DNA of 63,587 nucleotides, the filler included, from Globobulimina sp. (lineage: Eukaryota), in assembly GCA_003354225.1 (NCBI GenBank). It is 53 parts of 53 records of this genome, joined end to end, with 100 filler letters (N's around TTAATTAATTAA, not from the genome) between each part and the next. Parts side by side here need not be neighbours in the genome. Positions count along the whole stretch, not along the records: positions 61,286 to 62,386 come from PIVH01023521.1; positions 62,487 to 63,587 come from PIVH01023522.1; 51 more parts are not named here. One strand, written 5' to 3'. The notes below the pieces were generated by a model. It did not search any database. It was not told the origin of the DNA and worked only from the letters and a program-made list of their open reading frames with translations. Positions 61,678-63,587 of this stretch are shown here, piece after piece. Positions within the stretch are counted from its first letter, which is position 1. Every line of letters starts with the position of its first letter. The position numbers and the translations under genes were made by a program.

Positions 61678-63587
61678 TTGGTTGGTGGAGAATGTTAAGA
61701 TTGGCCGCTAAAAACTTGAAGTTTCCTGAAAACAGCAAAGCAATTATGAAATAACAAGAATCACCGCACATGAAATTAGTAAACGTAGATCAGCGGGTCG
61801 TGTAATTTAAATATTAATTAAAAAATGACGAATTTAACAATTGTAAATAATGCGCAGAACATACAAGATAATGTAAGGAATGATATTAATTAATAGCAAT
61901 AATTAAGCCGCATTAATTGATGGCTTAACATTTCTGCATCCAGGCATTGATGATGACAATGATCAAATTAATTTTACTGAGTTAATGCAACAATATGGGT
62001 AACCATGTAACAGATAAAGATATCCGTCAATCTGTTACGCAGAGTATGTTTTTGTATACGTTATATTTTGCGCGTTTCTCTACTTGTGTCCATAATTTGT
62101 ATGTTAATATTTCTCTGTTTTTGGTGTGCATACATTTATGCATTAGTCCTCATTTAGCCGGCCTGCGATGAAAATATATCCAAGTTATGCAATAAAGGAT
62201 GAATTAACTCAATTTATAGATATATTATGCAATAAAGGCATATTAGATACATTATTAGATGACAATTTTGTATATTTATATTCAAATATAAAAATTATTC
62301 CCAGCCAATCCGATTTTGGATGGATAAATATATAAAAGCTATAAATAACATAACAAATATTTTTATGTGCAAAATATAAATAGTAANNNNNNNNNNNNNN
62401 NNNNNNNNNNNNNNNNNNNNNNNNNNNNNNTTAATTAATTAANNNNNNNNNNNNNNNNNNNNNNNNNNNNNNNNNNNNNNNNNNNNCAGATTTCGTGAGG
62501 TATGCGTCTGCAATAACGTAGTTTAAACAATATAATAATATAATAATTTTGTTGTATATTTATTCGGCAATAATTTTAGAGAGAAATAATAATCGAATGT
62601 TTGATTGCAATGATGACTCTTTTTATTCTTCAAACACGTGATGTTTGTATTTCTGTCTTAAAACTTTTATAATGACAAACAGTTTATATTATTATAATGC
62701 AAACAGTTTATAAAATTTTATTCCGCATCACAGTTTATTATAATGACAAACACAATTTATAGCTGTTTTATGCAATGATTTAAAAGAGGCAAACAATGAG
62801 AGATTGGAAGAGAACATTTTGCAAAGTGCACAGAAACAGATGGTAATGCTTTGAATGTGTTTGGTGGCAAAATAGCAAAGAGATATTTGTCACGGTCATA
62901 TTTTAATAAAATTGAAAATAAAGCACGGCGCAGTCCGATTAATGGATGATTTTTTATGGAATTTAAATGATTTTGAGAATGATAATAATGGCATATATTT
63001 CAGCTACTTTATCGGATTTATTTTTATTTGTTATCCGATTATTATCAAAATCTGCAAAGTTAATTGGATTGGTGCAAGGCAATGATTGCATGATTAAATA
63101 ATGGATGAATTTGTATCAAATTGTATATTTTTTCTTTGAATAAATCGAAATATAAAATTTTTAGCGTTAAATAATATCCTTTTTCTGTGACTTTCTGTAA
63201 TTGCGATCGTAACTAAATTATATTACGATTGACACATACATATCGATTGACGAGGTGTCCATTCTCGTCCTACTTACTTACCGAGTGAACCAGTCAAATG
63301 TTAGTGAAAATAGAAAATTTAAATGTTGATTCAGTAAATGAACTAAAAGCAAAAACTCTAATGCGGTGTTAAAAAAATATCTGCACAAAATCCTATACAA
63401 AAAGTATACAAAGTTGCTTTGATGAGGCAATGCAGTCTTGATAAAATATCTATACAAAATCCTATGCAATCCTCTTAGACATAAGTAGACTTTAAAATTT
63501 TAAAAAAACTTAGTTGGACATTCTCTAATAAAGTTTTCATGAGATTTACACTTGACAATACAAACCGGCCTCACCCCCCCCTTCCCC

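Noticed and set aside
1103..62486. Regularly spaced TTAATTAATTAA as a biological repeat array
   Set aside because: It is always embedded in fixed N-runs and is a synthetic six-frame stop linker. The ORF tails 'XXX...LIN' are artefacts of it.
62487..63587. Coding or structured RNA content in the last contig
   Set aside because: Very AT-rich with only short ORFs and no recognisable motif.

Overview
This window is not contiguous genome. It consists of 53 unrelated contigs of 1101-1102 bp, sorted by length and joined by 52 artificial 100-nt linkers (N44-TTAATTAATTAA-N44, stops in all six frames). Neighbourhood across linkers therefore means nothing, and almost every gene is truncated. Most contigs look like an AT-rich, gene-dense eukaryote with short (~58-75 nt) GT-AG introns. 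A foraminiferan or other rhizarian source is my inference, with probable admixture of invertebrate and bacterial DNA and several chimera-like junctions typical of whole-genome amplification. Recognisable eukaryotic genes: COG8, a tandem-bromodomain protein, a zf-MYND protein, a TRP channel, WDR82/Swd2, PRP18, SRP72, TMEM143-like, MUS81, NDC80, a methyl-end fatty-acid desaturase, a sulfotransferase-fold protein, a CHAT protease and a vWA protein. Mobile elements are diverse: DIRS-type RT, LINE RNase H, copia gag with a half-tRNA PBS, BEL/Pao integrase, Polinton integrase, a KDZ-type CxC4 transposon protein, MITE/HINE-like elements and a bacterial IS4 fragment. The clearest item absent from the ORF track is a complete eukaryotic selenocysteine tRNA (anticodon TCA) at 28049-28135 (-). 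I find no multi-gene novel system, and the 1.1-kb fragmentation precludes seeing one. All family assignments are from motif recognition, not database searches.
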